Source: an uncultured Bacilli bacterium (GTDB taxonomy: Bacteria > Bacillota_I > Bacilli_A > RF39 > UBA660). Taken from it: a stretch of 64,000 nt of DNA. Both the position numbers and the translations under genes were made by a program. The notes under the pieces were generated by a model. That model saw only the letters and a list, made by a program, of their open reading frames with translations, did no database searches and was not told the DNA's origin. The DNA is taken from positions 13,014-77,013 of the forward strand of contig CALVRM010000032.1 of NCBI GenBank assembly GCA_944358695.1, written 5' to 3'. Shown here in pieces: positions 22,089 through 32,474 of this stretch (its first letter is position 1; every line of letters starts with the position of its first letter).

Positions 22089-22985
22089 ATGAAAAAAAAC
22101 GTTAAGGCAAATATTCAAGCTGCATTAAAAGATCTAGAATTTTTAAGAATAATAAAACCTATTTTAGAACACCCAGAATTTAAAAAGAGAATTACCTATG
22201 AACATCATGAAGACTTATCAGTTTATGAACACTGTTTAGACAATGCCTATTCCAATTATCTACATGCCAAAGAGCAAGGCTTTAGTATCAAAGAACAAAC
22301 TGAAGCCACTTACGCTGGCATTCTTCATGATTTTTATCCATTTAAATGGATGTTCAATGAAGAAAGAGCAAATGATAAGTTGTTTAAAAAACACGGTTTT
22401 ACCCATGCTAAAGAAGCTTCACAAAATGCCTCAAAATTCTTTCCGGCCTTTACAACTAGAACAGTTCAAAGTAGTATTGAAAGTCATATGTGGCCCCTTA
22501 ATCTTACAAAGTTTCCAAGAGGAAAAGTTCCTTTTTTGGTAAATCTAACTGATACTATCAGTGGTTTAAGTGCAATACCAGAAATGTCCGAATGGGGGAA
22601 ATACCTTGGGCTCGCAAGTATGAAAGATAAACCGACGTTCGAATTTAAGGATTTACATGCTTGTTTTCATGACTTTGCTGATGAATTTGGAATTGATTTA
22701 CATGGCTTTATTATGAGTCCATTTAATAAACTTGAATTACGAATGGCTCTTTATGAATATGCTAAAGCCAATAAAAAAATAGCTTCTAATATAGAAGCGT
22801 TAGATACTGGTTATGTGGCACAAGCCCTTAAACAAACAATCGATCGTGAAGAATTATTGATTCAAACAGACATAGCCCTAACGGCAATCGAAGACCAATA
22901 TACCGATGATGATATCCTTGGATTTTTAGGCTATACTAAAATCACAGAAGAAAATCAAAAAGAACGCCAATATTCCAAAAAATAA
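22089..22985 (+). CDS. HD-domain phosphohydrolase-like protein
   Basis: H...HD pattern (YEHHEDLSVYEH, GILHDF). Function unknown. Confidence 0.5.
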   Translation: MKKNVKANIQAALKDLEFLRIIKPILEHPEFKKRITYEHHEDLSVYEHCLDNAYSNYLHAKEQGFSIKEQTEATYAGILHDFYPFKWMFNEERANDKLFKKHGFTHAKEASQNASKFFPAFTTRTVQSSIESHMWPLNLTKFPRGKVPFLVNLTDTISGLSAIPEMSEWGKYLGLASMKDKPTFEFKDLHACFHDFADEFGIDLHGFIMSPFNKLELRMALYEYAKANKKIASNIEALDTGYVAQALKQTIDREELLIQTDIALTAIEDQYTDDDILGFLGYTKITEENQKERQYSKK

Positions 22986-23007
22986 AAGCCAATTGTGGCT
23001 TTTTTTA
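22985..23007. terminator. bidirectional terminator
   Basis: AAAGCCA-attg-TGGCTTT stem followed by TTTT. Confidence 0.65.
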
Positions 23008-23274
23008 ACGCATTCTATGCCGCTTAACCAAACTATATTTACAAGCATTTCGTTCATCAATTTTTTCAGTGGCAGCTTTTACCATCGACATTGAAGATCC
23101 AGTTAGTAAAAAATTAGTTACAAAAAGAAAAGCACCAATTTCCTGATTATCCAAAATAGCATATGAAAAGGATACGGGAAGAAAGCAAACACTAATATCA
23201 CGAATAGATTTGTTTACATTTTTTACTAATACCAAACCACTATAAGAGAAATTGTCTAAAAGATTGTAATTCAT
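23005..23274 (-). CDS. hypothetical protein
   Basis: ORF beginning MNYNLLDNF, preceded by GAGGAGGATT. No motif recognised. Confidence 0.35.
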   Translation of the reverse strand: MNYNLLDNFSYSGLVLVKNVNKSIRDISVCFLPVSFSYAILDNQEIGAFLFVTNFLLTGSSMSMVKAATEKIDERNACKYSLVKRHRMR

Positions 23275-23427
23275 AGTAATCCTCCTCACATAAAACAAAT
23301 TATAGTATTGATAAAAAAACTTGTCAATATCTTCAAATATTTTTTTTAAAACAGTTTGTAAAATAAGCGTTTTTTGTTATAATATTCATATAAAACACAT
23401 TGTTTTTAAAAGTAAGGAGTGGTAATA

Positions 23428-23913
23428 ATGTATCAATCATTAGATAAAAGGGCTGTTACAGTAATGCGCTTAAACGCTGTACTTTCTGGGATAATTATTA
23501 CGGTAATAACCGTTATTTCTGGTTACTTTATTATAACTAGCAAAATTGGTTCTCTAGGTACCATCATAACTATAATTATTGTTGCTATTATTTTAATCAA
23601 TATCTTATTAAACATTTTTCTTTATCCGCAAATTAGATATAACCGCTATAAATATTTAATAACCAACGAGAAAATTGAAGTGAAAAAAGGATTATTTTTA
23701 ATAACAAGATCAATTATTCAAATAAAAAGAGTCCAAAAAATAGAGCTAAATAGTGGACCAATTGATCGCCAATTTAACTTATCAAACGTTAATATTTTTA
23801 CTGCCGCTGGTGTGGTCGATATCAAATTTCTAAATATCAAAGAGGCTGAGAATATTGTTACAAAAGTTAATGATTTATTAAAAAACAAATTGGAGAATTC
23901 AAATGAAAATTAG
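23428..23913 (+). CDS. YdbS-like membrane protein with bacterial PH domain
   Basis: Two TM helices followed by a bPH_2-like segment (YLITNEKIEVKKGLF...R). Paired with the following ydbT-like gene, as in Bacillus. Confidence 0.7.
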   Translation: MYQSLDKRAVTVMRLNAVLSGIIITVITVISGYFIITSKIGSLGTIITIIIVAIILINILLNIFLYPQIRYNRYKYLITNEKIEVKKGLFLITRSIIQIKRVQKIELNSGPIDRQFNLSNVNIFTAAGVVDIKFLNIKEAENIVTKVNDLLKNKLENSNEN

Positions 23914-25327
23914 GATGCACCCTTCAATTATTTTCGAAAAGCTTTTAGATAGTTTAGGATTCATTATTATTATAGCAGTTTATTTATTAATTCAAATCTT
24001 TCAGGAAAACGGTGTTAAAGGCATCGTTGAAACATCATCTTTCATTGCCGGTTTAAATGGCAACACTATTTTAATAGTAGCTTTAGTTTTTATTGTAATT
24101 ATAGGAATTTTTTCCATCTTTTTCTATTTTCAGTGGCGAAATACTTACATTTATTTTGAAAAAACAAATTTAATTATTGAAAAAGGTAAAATTTTCAAAA
24201 AGGTAACGACCATCCATCTATCAGATATAGCCGCTGTCAATATTAAACGCAATCTTATCGAACAAATAATAGGAACTTCTAATTTAAAGTTCGACCTTAA
24301 TATGAATCAAGAAAATTCCTTTAATAGCAAACTTGTATTCCAAGAAAAAACAGCCATTGAAATAAAAAACAATATTTTAGAACATATTGGTAAAAATATT
24401 GAGAGTGATAATCAAAACATTGACAGTGTGATTTCATATAAACCGGTAGATGTTTTTAGGCATATGCTACTTTCTACTGATATCAGCTCTGTATTCATAT
24501 TAATAGCTGTTTACGGGTTTATTATAATAGCTAGCATAAATGATTTACTAGCTCAAGGCTTAATTGTTCTTATAATCGTTGGAATTATCGCCATAGTACC
24601 ATTAATATGGAATTTGTTTAAAAATTACTTTAGTTATTATAATTTCAAAGTTTCGAGAGATGAAAATACTATAAAATTGTCTTATGGCGCTTTTACCAAT
24701 TATAAATATAGCATTCCAATTGATCGTATTAACGCCGTTATAATAAAGCAAACACTTCAGGCCAGAATCGCTAAATATTACAAAATTGAAGTTGTAAACG
24801 CTGGCCTTGGTGGCAATGAAAACGAAGAAGAAAAGACAATTATTAGTCTTTATGTTAAAGAACATGAGAAAAATATTATTTTAAACAAAATCATTCCTGA
24901 ATACCAAAATGACATAAATATGGAAATTCCGCCTAAACAAGCTTTATTTCATTACTTATTCGCTAAACTACCATTGATTTTAATATTTATTAGTTTAAAT
25001 ATAATAAGTCCTTGGTTTAATTTAGGGGCTGTAATATTAATATTAATTGCTTTAGCGCAATATAAAAGTAATAAAATAGGATATGATAATAATGTATTTA
25101 TTATTCAAAAGGGAATTGTTAATAAAAAAAAGGCAATTATTCAATTTTCTAATGTTGAATTAATAGCTATTCATAAAAAACTTTTTACTGCTATTTTTAA
25201 AACGTATAGCCTTCAAGCAAATATAATCGGTCCATCACAAACTAGTAACTTTAATAGCGGGCTTTTTAAAGAAAAAACGTTAAAGCAAATAGTTAACATA
25301 TATTTAGGAGAAACTCATGAAAACTAA
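23903..25327 (+). CDS. YdbT-like membrane protein with repeated bacterial PH domains
   Basis: 474 aa with alternating TM pairs and three bPH_2-like repeats. Its start overlaps the ydbS-like gene. Confidence 0.7.
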   Translation: MKIRMHPSIIFEKLLDSLGFIIIIAVYLLIQIFQENGVKGIVETSSFIAGLNGNTILIVALVFIVIIGIFSIFFYFQWRNTYIYFEKTNLIIEKGKIFKKVTTIHLSDIAAVNIKRNLIEQIIGTSNLKFDLNMNQENSFNSKLVFQEKTAIEIKNNILEHIGKNIESDNQNIDSVISYKPVDVFRHMLLSTDISSVFILIAVYGFIIIASINDLLAQGLIVLIIVGIIAIVPLIWNLFKNYFSYYNFKVSRDENTIKLSYGAFTNYKYSIPIDRINAVIIKQTLQARIAKYYKIEVVNAGLGGNENEEEKTIISLYVKEHEKNIILNKIIPEYQNDINMEIPPKQALFHYLFAKLPLILIFISLNIISPWFNLGAVILILIALAQYKSNKIGYDNNVFIIQKGIVNKKKAIIQFSNVELIAIHKKLFTAIFKTYSLQANIIGPSQTSNFNSGLFKEKTLKQIVNIYLGETHEN

Positions 25328-25940
25328 TTATCAAAAAATATTAGAAGAAACTTTAAAAGCCATAAGCGGGAAACCTAAACTTTTATTACATGCCTGCTGC
25401 GGAGTATGTAGTAGCTATGTTTTAGAATATCTTACTAAATATTTTACAATAACAGTTTTATATTATAACCCCAACATTTTTCCAGAGTCCGAATATCAAA
25501 AAAGGTTAGAAACACAAAAGGAAATTATTTCTAAAATGGTTCCGCAAGTAAGTTTGATGGAAATTGGCTATTGTGAAAAGGACTTTACTAAAAAAATTAA
25601 AGGTTTGGAAAATGAAAAAGAAGGTGGGGCCAGATGTACTAAGTGCTATTACTTGAGATTAGAAAAAACTGCCCAATTAGCCAAAGAAAACCACTTTGAT
25701 TATTTCTGTACAACTCTATCAGTAAGCCCATATAAAAACTCAGAACAATTAAATCAAATTGGGAAATTACTTTCAGAAAAATATCAAATAAATTATTTAT
25801 ATTCTGATTTTAAAAAGAAAGACGGGTATAAACGTAGCAATGAACTAGCCAAACTATATAATCTATATCGTCAAAATTACTGTGGCTGTCAATATTCAAA
25901 AAAAGAAGTGACCGAAAAATTAGTAATTAAAACTACTTAA
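25317..25940 (+). CDS. queH: epoxyqueuosine reductase QueH (DUF208)
   Basis: HACCGVCS, CTKCY and NYCGC cysteine motifs in a ~200-aa protein. Confidence 0.85.
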   Translation: MKTNYQKILEETLKAISGKPKLLLHACCGVCSSYVLEYLTKYFTITVLYYNPNIFPESEYQKRLETQKEIISKMVPQVSLMEIGYCEKDFTKKIKGLENEKEGGARCTKCYYLRLEKTAQLAKENHFDYFCTTLSVSPYKNSEQLNQIGKLLSEKYQINYLYSDFKKKDGYKRSNELAKLYNLYRQNYCGCQYSKKEVTEKLVIKTT

Positions 25941-26009
25941 AATTATATACTACTTGTGCTTTAATAAAAATAAATAAATGTGCTATAATAAACGTAAAGG
26001 TGAAGTAAC

Positions 26010-26852
26010 ATGAACAAAGAAGTAATTGTAAAAGCCATGGTTCTTATAATATTTTTAATTTTAATAATTTCAAATGTAAATTACATTTTAACACCTAAAA
26101 TAGAAATAGTTAAAATTGATCCAGAAATTCCTAGAGTATTTAACAATCCAACTATTGAGCTTCCAATAAAAACAATCAAAAGCAAAGCCGAAAGAGAAGC
26201 TAATATACCGTCTATTATTTCAGATAAAACTATTTATTTAACATTTGATGATGGACCAAGCTATTTAACAAATGATATATTGGATATCTTACAAAAAGAA
26301 AAAGTCCCGGCAACCTTTTTTGTCATTGGCAATCACATCGATGAGCATTCAAATATAGTTAACCGTGCTTATGCTGAAGGACATACAGTAGCCTTGCACT
26401 CCTTCACCCATAATTATAAATATATTTATTCCAATGAAAATAATTATTTCAATGATTTAAAACTAATAGATGACAAAGTTTATAGGATCACTGGCCACCA
26501 TTCTTATATCGTCAGACTTCCTGGAGGTAGTTCAAATACTGTCAGTAAAAAATATAACAAAGGAATTGTCACCCGAATAACTTCAACACTAAACAACAAT
26601 AGTTATTACTACTTTGATTGGAATGTTGATTCTGGTGATGCTTCGGGTAAATTAACCAAGGAGCAAATAATTCATAATATAAAGCTAAATCTTCACCACG
26701 GATCAAATATAGTTCTTATGCATGATACTAGTGCTAAAAAATCAACGGTCGAAGCACTTCCAGAAATTATAAAATATGGCAAAGAAAATGGTTATACCTT
26801 TGCCAGAATAACTAAAAACACTTTAAAAGTAAGGCACCAAATAAATAATTAA
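26010..26852 (+). CDS. polysaccharide deacetylase (NodB homology domain), membrane anchored
   Basis: N-terminal TM, then TFDDGP, HSFTH and LMHD motifs. Confidence 0.8.
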   Translation: MNKEVIVKAMVLIIFLILIISNVNYILTPKIEIVKIDPEIPRVFNNPTIELPIKTIKSKAEREANIPSIISDKTIYLTFDDGPSYLTNDILDILQKEKVPATFFVIGNHIDEHSNIVNRAYAEGHTVALHSFTHNYKYIYSNENNYFNDLKLIDDKVYRITGHHSYIVRLPGGSSNTVSKKYNKGIVTRITSTLNNNSYYYFDWNVDSGDASGKLTKEQIIHNIKLNLHHGSNIVLMHDTSAKKSTVEALPEIIKYGKENGYTFARITKNTLKVRHQINN

Positions 26853-27123
26853 ATGGGAAAATCCACGATAAACTGGCCTTTTACAATTGGCATACAGTTT
26901 TAAATGAAATATACTGAAAAGGCTTACAAAGCTTTTTTTATTTATAAATAGTAGCAATGTATGAATTGAAATTCACCCCGCAAAGAAAAACCACAAAAAA
27001 TAAATTTTACGCAAAATTATATAATTCACAGTTTAAGGAATAAATTAGTCACATTAGTTACATTTAGATCTTGACAAAAAATAAAAAGAAAGTAAAATAT
27101 TCTCTTATGAAGAAGGTGATAGT

Positions 27124-27801
27124 TTGCCCAATTTAGATACATTTAAACAAAAAGTAAAACTTTTAGGAATTAACCTAGACAATTATCCAAATGATGCCAT
27201 AACTTTTATATACGATAACTTTTGCTTTTTTGAGCAAGATTTTTCAATTACTCCTGATATTATTTTACAAATAAAGAGTAAATTAGGAATAATTCAAGAA
27301 GAGAATGATATATATATAAAATTTATTGACCATTTAGCTCAAAATAACATATTACATGGAAACATCTTAGAAGTTGGGAGCGGTTTTTATCCCACATTAG
27401 CTCAAAAATTAATGCAAATTGAAACTGTTGACAACGTTACAGCTATGGACCCTAATTTAACCATTATCAATGATCCACAATTAAAACTTATTAAAGCTGA
27501 TTTTACTTCAAATACTGATATTAGTAAATATGATTCTATTATTGGATTTAAACCGTGTGCTGCAACTCTTCCTATTATTCAAGCCGCTAATAGTCAAAAA
27601 CGTCCTTTCAGCATTGTTTTATGTGAATGTACTCACTTTCAAAATCCCTATCTTTATATGCCAATTTCAATTGAAAAATGGCGAGATTATGTTTGGAATA
27701 CCGCCAATGAAACATTAGATAGTGGTGCAATTTTAAAAGAAAGTTTCCTAGAATTTCCTAAACATTATACTCTTACTAAAACCTATCAAAAAAGCAAATA
27801 A
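27124..27801 (+). CDS. hypothetical protein (possible Rossmann-like fold)
   Basis: TTG start after GAAGGTGA, with a TTGACA-N16-TAAAAT promoter upstream. ILEVGSGFYP is glycine-loop-like. No firm family. Confidence 0.4.
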   Translation: MPNLDTFKQKVKLLGINLDNYPNDAITFIYDNFCFFEQDFSITPDIILQIKSKLGIIQEENDIYIKFIDHLAQNNILHGNILEVGSGFYPTLAQKLMQIETVDNVTAMDPNLTIINDPQLKLIKADFTSNTDISKYDSIIGFKPCAATLPIIQAANSQKRPFSIVLCECTHFQNPYLYMPISIEKWRDYVWNTANETLDSGAILKESFLEFPKHYTLTKTYQKSK

Positions 27802-27875
27802 AAACATTTTATACACAATTTGACAATTTAATAAAAAACATGTATAATTTAAAAATGTGGATTGGGGGAACGAAT

Positions 27876-28250
27876 ATGCCAAATGAAATTAATATGATGG
27901 ACATAGAAACATTAAAAGAATTAAAAAGTAAATTAGCTTGTTCAACTTCAAAAGAAGAAACGCTTACAAGTTTTTTAAGCCAATATCAAAATTGTAATAA
28001 ATCAGATTTAGAGCAAGTTACTGAAGTTAGTATCTATAATATAAACCTAGGTAATAGAACCGAAAGCATGTTTCATAAAAGAATGCATAGTATACGTCCT
28101 TACAGTAGTGTCCAAAATTCTGAAGCTAAAAAGGCTCAAGGAGATTGGGAAGTTATTTATAATATCGCTTATCCAAATGGAGAAACAACTATCATTCGCA
28201 CCGAAATAGAAAAATCAGGATATCAAAAAATAATCGATAAAGCCGCATAA
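27876..28250 (+). CDS. hypothetical protein
   Basis: ATG 27876 follows GGGGGA, and a terminator hairpin overlaps the stop codon. No motif recognised. Confidence 0.35.
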   Translation: MPNEINMMDIETLKELKSKLACSTSKEETLTSFLSQYQNCNKSDLEQVTEVSIYNINLGNRTESMFHKRMHSIRPYSSVQNSEAKKAQGDWEVIYNIAYPNGETTIIRTEIEKSGYQKIIDKAA

Positions 28251-28445
28251 GGCTTTTTTTATTAAATATACTCTAGTAATAATCAGTCATATAATTTATA
28301 GTTATAACAATATAACATATCGGCCCAAAAACACTAACCATTGTAAAGTAAATATATAATTTAATATATTCAATTGTGAAACTTAAAAATACGTGATATA
28401 ATTAACTAGTATTTATTATATACTTAACTATATGGAGGTAGTTTT

Positions 28446-29246
28446 ATGTTACTTATATATCTAATTTTAGGAATAATTCAAGGATTTACTGAACCAATTC
28501 CCGTGTCTTCAAGTGGACATTTAGTAATTTTTAAAAATATCTTTAACGTTGAAGCCTTAAATGATTTAAACTTTGAAATTATTTCAAACTTTGGTAGTTT
28601 CATTGCTATTGTCATTATTTTTAGAAAAGATATTACTAAACTTATCAAAGATTTCTTTATGTATATTAAAACTAAAGAAATAAAATATAGTAATGGTTTC
28701 AAATATTGCTTATTAATCATTATCGGAAGTATTCCAGCGGGAATCGTAGGTTTATTGGCTAAAGATTTTATTAGTGAGCATTTAAACAATGTGAAATTCG
28801 TTGGGGTAGCCTTATTAATTACAGCTATATTTTTATTTCTAATTAGAAAGTTAAAGGGAACCAAAGATGATAGTCAAATTACCTTTAAAGATGCCTTACA
28901 AATTGGCCTTTTTCAAGTAGTTGCGCTACTTCCAGGCATTAGTCGTAGTGGTTCTACATTAGTCGGTGGAATGTTCTCTGGCTTAAAAAGAGAAGTCGCT
29001 TTTAAATTTTCATTTATGCTGTATATACCAATCACTTTAGCTACTATGACGTTGGGAGTTAAAGATATTGTTGAAACAGGAATTGATCCCAATCTATTAA
29101 TGTGCTATATTTTGGGTGCTATTGTAGCCTGTATTGTCACTTTTTTTGCCACAAAATGGTTTAAAAATATTATGCTTAAAGGCAAGTTGATTTATTTCGT
29201 CTATTATTGTATTATCGCCGGGGCACTAGTTATAATTTTTCTTTAA
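28446..29246 (+). CDS. uppP: undecaprenyl-diphosphate phosphatase
   Basis: EPIPVSSSGHL and PGISRSGST motifs, with 8 TM segments. Confidence 0.9.
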   Translation: MLLIYLILGIIQGFTEPIPVSSSGHLVIFKNIFNVEALNDLNFEIISNFGSFIAIVIIFRKDITKLIKDFFMYIKTKEIKYSNGFKYCLLIIIGSIPAGIVGLLAKDFISEHLNNVKFVGVALLITAIFLFLIRKLKGTKDDSQITFKDALQIGLFQVVALLPGISRSGSTLVGGMFSGLKREVAFKFSFMLYIPITLATMTLGVKDIVETGIDPNLLMCYILGAIVACIVTFFATKWFKNIMLKGKLIYFVYYCIIAGALVIIFL

Positions 29247-29268
29247 CAAGGTCTATCCTTGTTTTTTA
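29245..29268 (+). terminator. rho-independent terminator after uppP
   Basis: AACAAGG-tctat-CCTTGTT stem followed by TTTT. Confidence 0.7.
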
Positions 29269-29323
29269 TTGACTTTTTTATATTAACAAGCTACAATTTA
29301 ATTAAGTAGTAAGGGGGAACATC

Positions 29324-30262
29324 ATGGAACAATTATCAAATACAAATCAAAAACTTATTGAATTATTAATCCAAGAAACACCAAATGATAAAATATGTAC
29401 TATTTTAGGTATAAACAAAGATAGCCTAAAAAGACGTTTAGACCTTTTGAAGAAACATGGATATAATATAAACAGAAAACTATATTATGACGGAACACAA
29501 AAATACGTTATTTCAAAACAATTGCCTAATTCTGATACTACATTATATGGAGTTCCTGATAATCAATTTAGTCTGCTATTCGCTGCTGATCAACATATCG
29601 GTAGTAAAAAAGAAAACTTAGAATACGCCAAACAGTTATACGAATTTGCAACCGATAACGGCTACAATATTATTGTAAATCTTGGAGATATTGTCGAAGG
29701 ATTATTAAATCCGCATAAACATAAAACTCATATGGAGCAGCTTTATTATTTTCTAGAGCAATATCCTAAAGACGATAGAATTTTAAATCTTAATGTATTA
29801 GGAAATCATGAAGCCGATTTTACTAGAAGCCTTGGAATTAATCTTCACACTTTTCTAAATGAAACTGATAAACGCAGTGATATAGTATCACTAGGTTTTG
29901 GTGTCCAAAAATTAAGGATTATTAGTGATAAAATCGCCTTGGCTCATCAAGCAAGAGATTTAAGAGGCGTTAATGCCACCTGTAAAGTTTCGGCCCACGG
30001 CCATCGTTATCAATTCAAAGTTGACAATTATACCCCAACTATGTATTGCATGACATTAAGTGACGATATAAAAGACGGCTTCCCACCAGGGTTTGTAAGT
30101 GCTGATTTTCTAATGGATAGCAATGGACAATTTCAGAAAGTTACATACACCCAATATACTATTGTCAATAATCATATAATTAGAGTCGGGCATAATCATT
30201 TTAATTTCTCTACCAGTGGACAAAGAACCGAAAAAAGCTATAAAAAAAGTCCTTTTCACTAA
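29324..30262 (+). CDS. HTH-containing metallophosphoesterase-like protein
   Basis: N-terminal HTH-like segment (ICTILGINKDSLKRRL), then the calcineurin-like motifs DQH, GDIVEG, GNHE and GH. Confidence 0.5.
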   Translation: MEQLSNTNQKLIELLIQETPNDKICTILGINKDSLKRRLDLLKKHGYNINRKLYYDGTQKYVISKQLPNSDTTLYGVPDNQFSLLFAADQHIGSKKENLEYAKQLYEFATDNGYNIIVNLGDIVEGLLNPHKHKTHMEQLYYFLEQYPKDDRILNLNVLGNHEADFTRSLGINLHTFLNETDKRSDIVSLGFGVQKLRIISDKIALAHQARDLRGVNATCKVSAHGHRYQFKVDNYTPTMYCMTLSDDIKDGFPPGFVSADFLMDSNGQFQKVTYTQYTIVNNHIIRVGHNHFNFSTSGQRTEKSYKKSPFH

Positions 30263-30305
30263 AAAATCACAATATTAGTATACAGTATATATAAGGAGGC
30301 CAAAA

Positions 30306-30974
30306 ATGAAATTATTAATTGTTGATGATGAAAAATTAATTAGAGACGTTATTACTGAATATGCTAAAAACGAAAAATTCGATACCATTGAAGCAGAAAA
30401 TGGCCAAGAAGCTTTAGACATTATCAAAAATGAAGAAATAGATTTGGTTGTTTTAGACATTATGATGCCTAAAATGGATGGTTTAAATTTTTTAAAAGAA
30501 ATGAAAAAGATAAGTAATATTCCTGTAATTATTTTGTCGGCTAGAACCGAAGAATATGACAAATTAGCTGGTTTTAATTTAGGAACAGATGACTATTTAA
30601 CTAAACCGTTTAGCCCAAAAGAATTAATTGCACGAATTAAAGCCATATTAAAACGTTGTGGAACAAACTTAGATAATATGTATATATACAAAGACTTAAC
30701 CGTCGATTACGAAGCCCATAGCGTTTATATTAATAATAAAGAATTAAAACTCACACCTAAAGAATATGAACTTCTTTGTTATTTTATCGAAAATAAAAAT
30801 ATTGCTTTATCCAGAGAGCAATTACTAAGTAATCTTTGGGGATACGATTTTTATGGTGATGACCGTACTGTCGATACACACATTAAAATGCTGCGAAATA
30901 ACTTAGGCAAATATCGCGATTTAATCATTACAGTAAGAGGAGTAGGTTATAAATTTGTTACAGATAAAAAATAA
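30306..30974 (+). CDS. OmpR-family response regulator
   Basis: Receiver domain (LIVDDE, DIMMPKMDG, KP) and a winged-helix C-terminus (TVRGVGYKF). Confidence 0.9.
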   Translation: MKLLIVDDEKLIRDVITEYAKNEKFDTIEAENGQEALDIIKNEEIDLVVLDIMMPKMDGLNFLKEMKKISNIPVIILSARTEEYDKLAGFNLGTDDYLTKPFSPKELIARIKAILKRCGTNLDNMYIYKDLTVDYEAHSVYINNKELKLTPKEYELLCYFIENKNIALSREQLLSNLWGYDFYGDDRTVDTHIKMLRNNLGKYRDLIITVRGVGYKFVTDKK

Positions 30975-32385
30975 CATACAAAAACTAAAAAGTATTATTA
31001 ACCAAAAAATAAAGAAAAACAGTATGGCCACCAATATTTGGTTCTTTCTCGTTATTTTTTCAGTACTAATTTTAGGTTTTCTTTGGTTTTTCCAAATAGT
31101 ATTTTTAGACAGTTATTATAAATTGTATAAAACAAAAGAATTAAATAACGCCGCAGGAGAATTGAAAAAGGATTATAAAAAAAATAATTTAAATTCTTTA
31201 GAAAATATTGCCATGAAAAACGGAATTTGTATCGAAATTTATAACGAAAACACTAATAATTACAACGGAACATACTTTAATCAAGGTTGCATGGAATTTG
31301 GAAATCGGAATTTTGATGTCAAAAAAGACTTTATTAGAAGTGGTGAAAATCAAAAAAAATATAATTTAATCAACAATAAATTTCAAAATGAAACTTTAAT
31401 ATACGCTTTAAAGCTAGATCATAATACATATGCGTTTATTAACGCTTCTTTAGTCCCACTAGACAGCACCATCACGATTTTACAAAGTCAATTAATCTAT
31501 ATTACCATAGTAGTTTTAATCTTATCATTTGTAATTGGTTATTTTATTTCTAAAAAAATTTCCAAACCGATCAGTAAAATTAGTCAAGATGCCAAAAAGA
31601 TGGCTGATGGGAATTACAATGTAACTTTCTCGTCAAATGAAGACATATATGAAATAAATGAACTAGTTGATACACTAAACTATACTCGAAAAGAATTGTC
31701 AAAAACTGAAGAGCTAAAACGTGATTTAATGGCTAATGTATCACACGATTTAAAAACACCATTAACCATGATTAAAGCTTATGCCGAAATGGTACGTGAT
31801 TTAACTTATAAAAATAAGAAAAAACGTGAAGAAAATCTAAATACTATTATTAATGAGGCCGATAGATTAAATTTATTAGTTAACGATATTTTAGATTTAT
31901 CAGTTCTTCAAAATAGTGGTTCAAATTTAAATTATCAAACGTTTAATCTTATTGAATTAACAAACCAAATAATTAAGCGATTTGCGATTTTAACGGAAAA
32001 GGAAAACTATAAATTTATTTTTAAACATCCAAAAGAAGCAATTGTGCTAGCTGATAAAAATAAAATATATCAAGTGGTTTACAATTTAATAAATAACGCA
32101 ATTAATTATACAGGTAAAGACAAGGAAATTACCATTACTATAAGTGAAAAAACCAAAACATACCTCGTGGAAATAGCTGACTCGGGCGCAGGTATTAAAA
32201 AAGAAGATCTAAAATATATATGGGATAAATATTATCATAACGAAAAAAAACATAAAAGAAATGAATATGGAACTGGCCTTGGATTATCCATTGTCAAAAA
32301 TATTTTGCAAAATCATAAATATAAATATGGCGTATCTAGTTCTTCCAAAGGAAGTAAATTTTTCTTTGAAATCGATAAATCATAA
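30955..32385 (+). CDS. sensor histidine kinase
   Basis: Two TM segments, a HAMP-like linker, H box SHDLKTPLT, N box NLINNAINYT and G boxes DSGAGI and GTGLGLSIV. The exact start is uncertain. Confidence 0.9.
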   Translation: MLQIKNNIQKLKSIINQKIKKNSMATNIWFFLVIFSVLILGFLWFFQIVFLDSYYKLYKTKELNNAAGELKKDYKKNNLNSLENIAMKNGICIEIYNENTNNYNGTYFNQGCMEFGNRNFDVKKDFIRSGENQKKYNLINNKFQNETLIYALKLDHNTYAFINASLVPLDSTITILQSQLIYITIVVLILSFVIGYFISKKISKPISKISQDAKKMADGNYNVTFSSNEDIYEINELVDTLNYTRKELSKTEELKRDLMANVSHDLKTPLTMIKAYAEMVRDLTYKNKKKREENLNTIINEADRLNLLVNDILDLSVLQNSGSNLNYQTFNLIELTNQIIKRFAILTEKENYKFIFKHPKEAIVLADKNKIYQVVYNLINNAINYTGKDKEITITISEKTKTYLVEIADSGAGIKKEDLKYIWDKYYHNEKKHKRNEYGTGLGLSIVKNILQNHKYKYGVSSSSKGSKFFFEIDKS

Positions 32386-32474
32386 ATCACTTTTAAATAT
32401 TTAATAGACCAATGATAACAAAATTTGGTATAATAAACTTAAGATCAAACAAAATATTTTAGTAGAAAATATAG

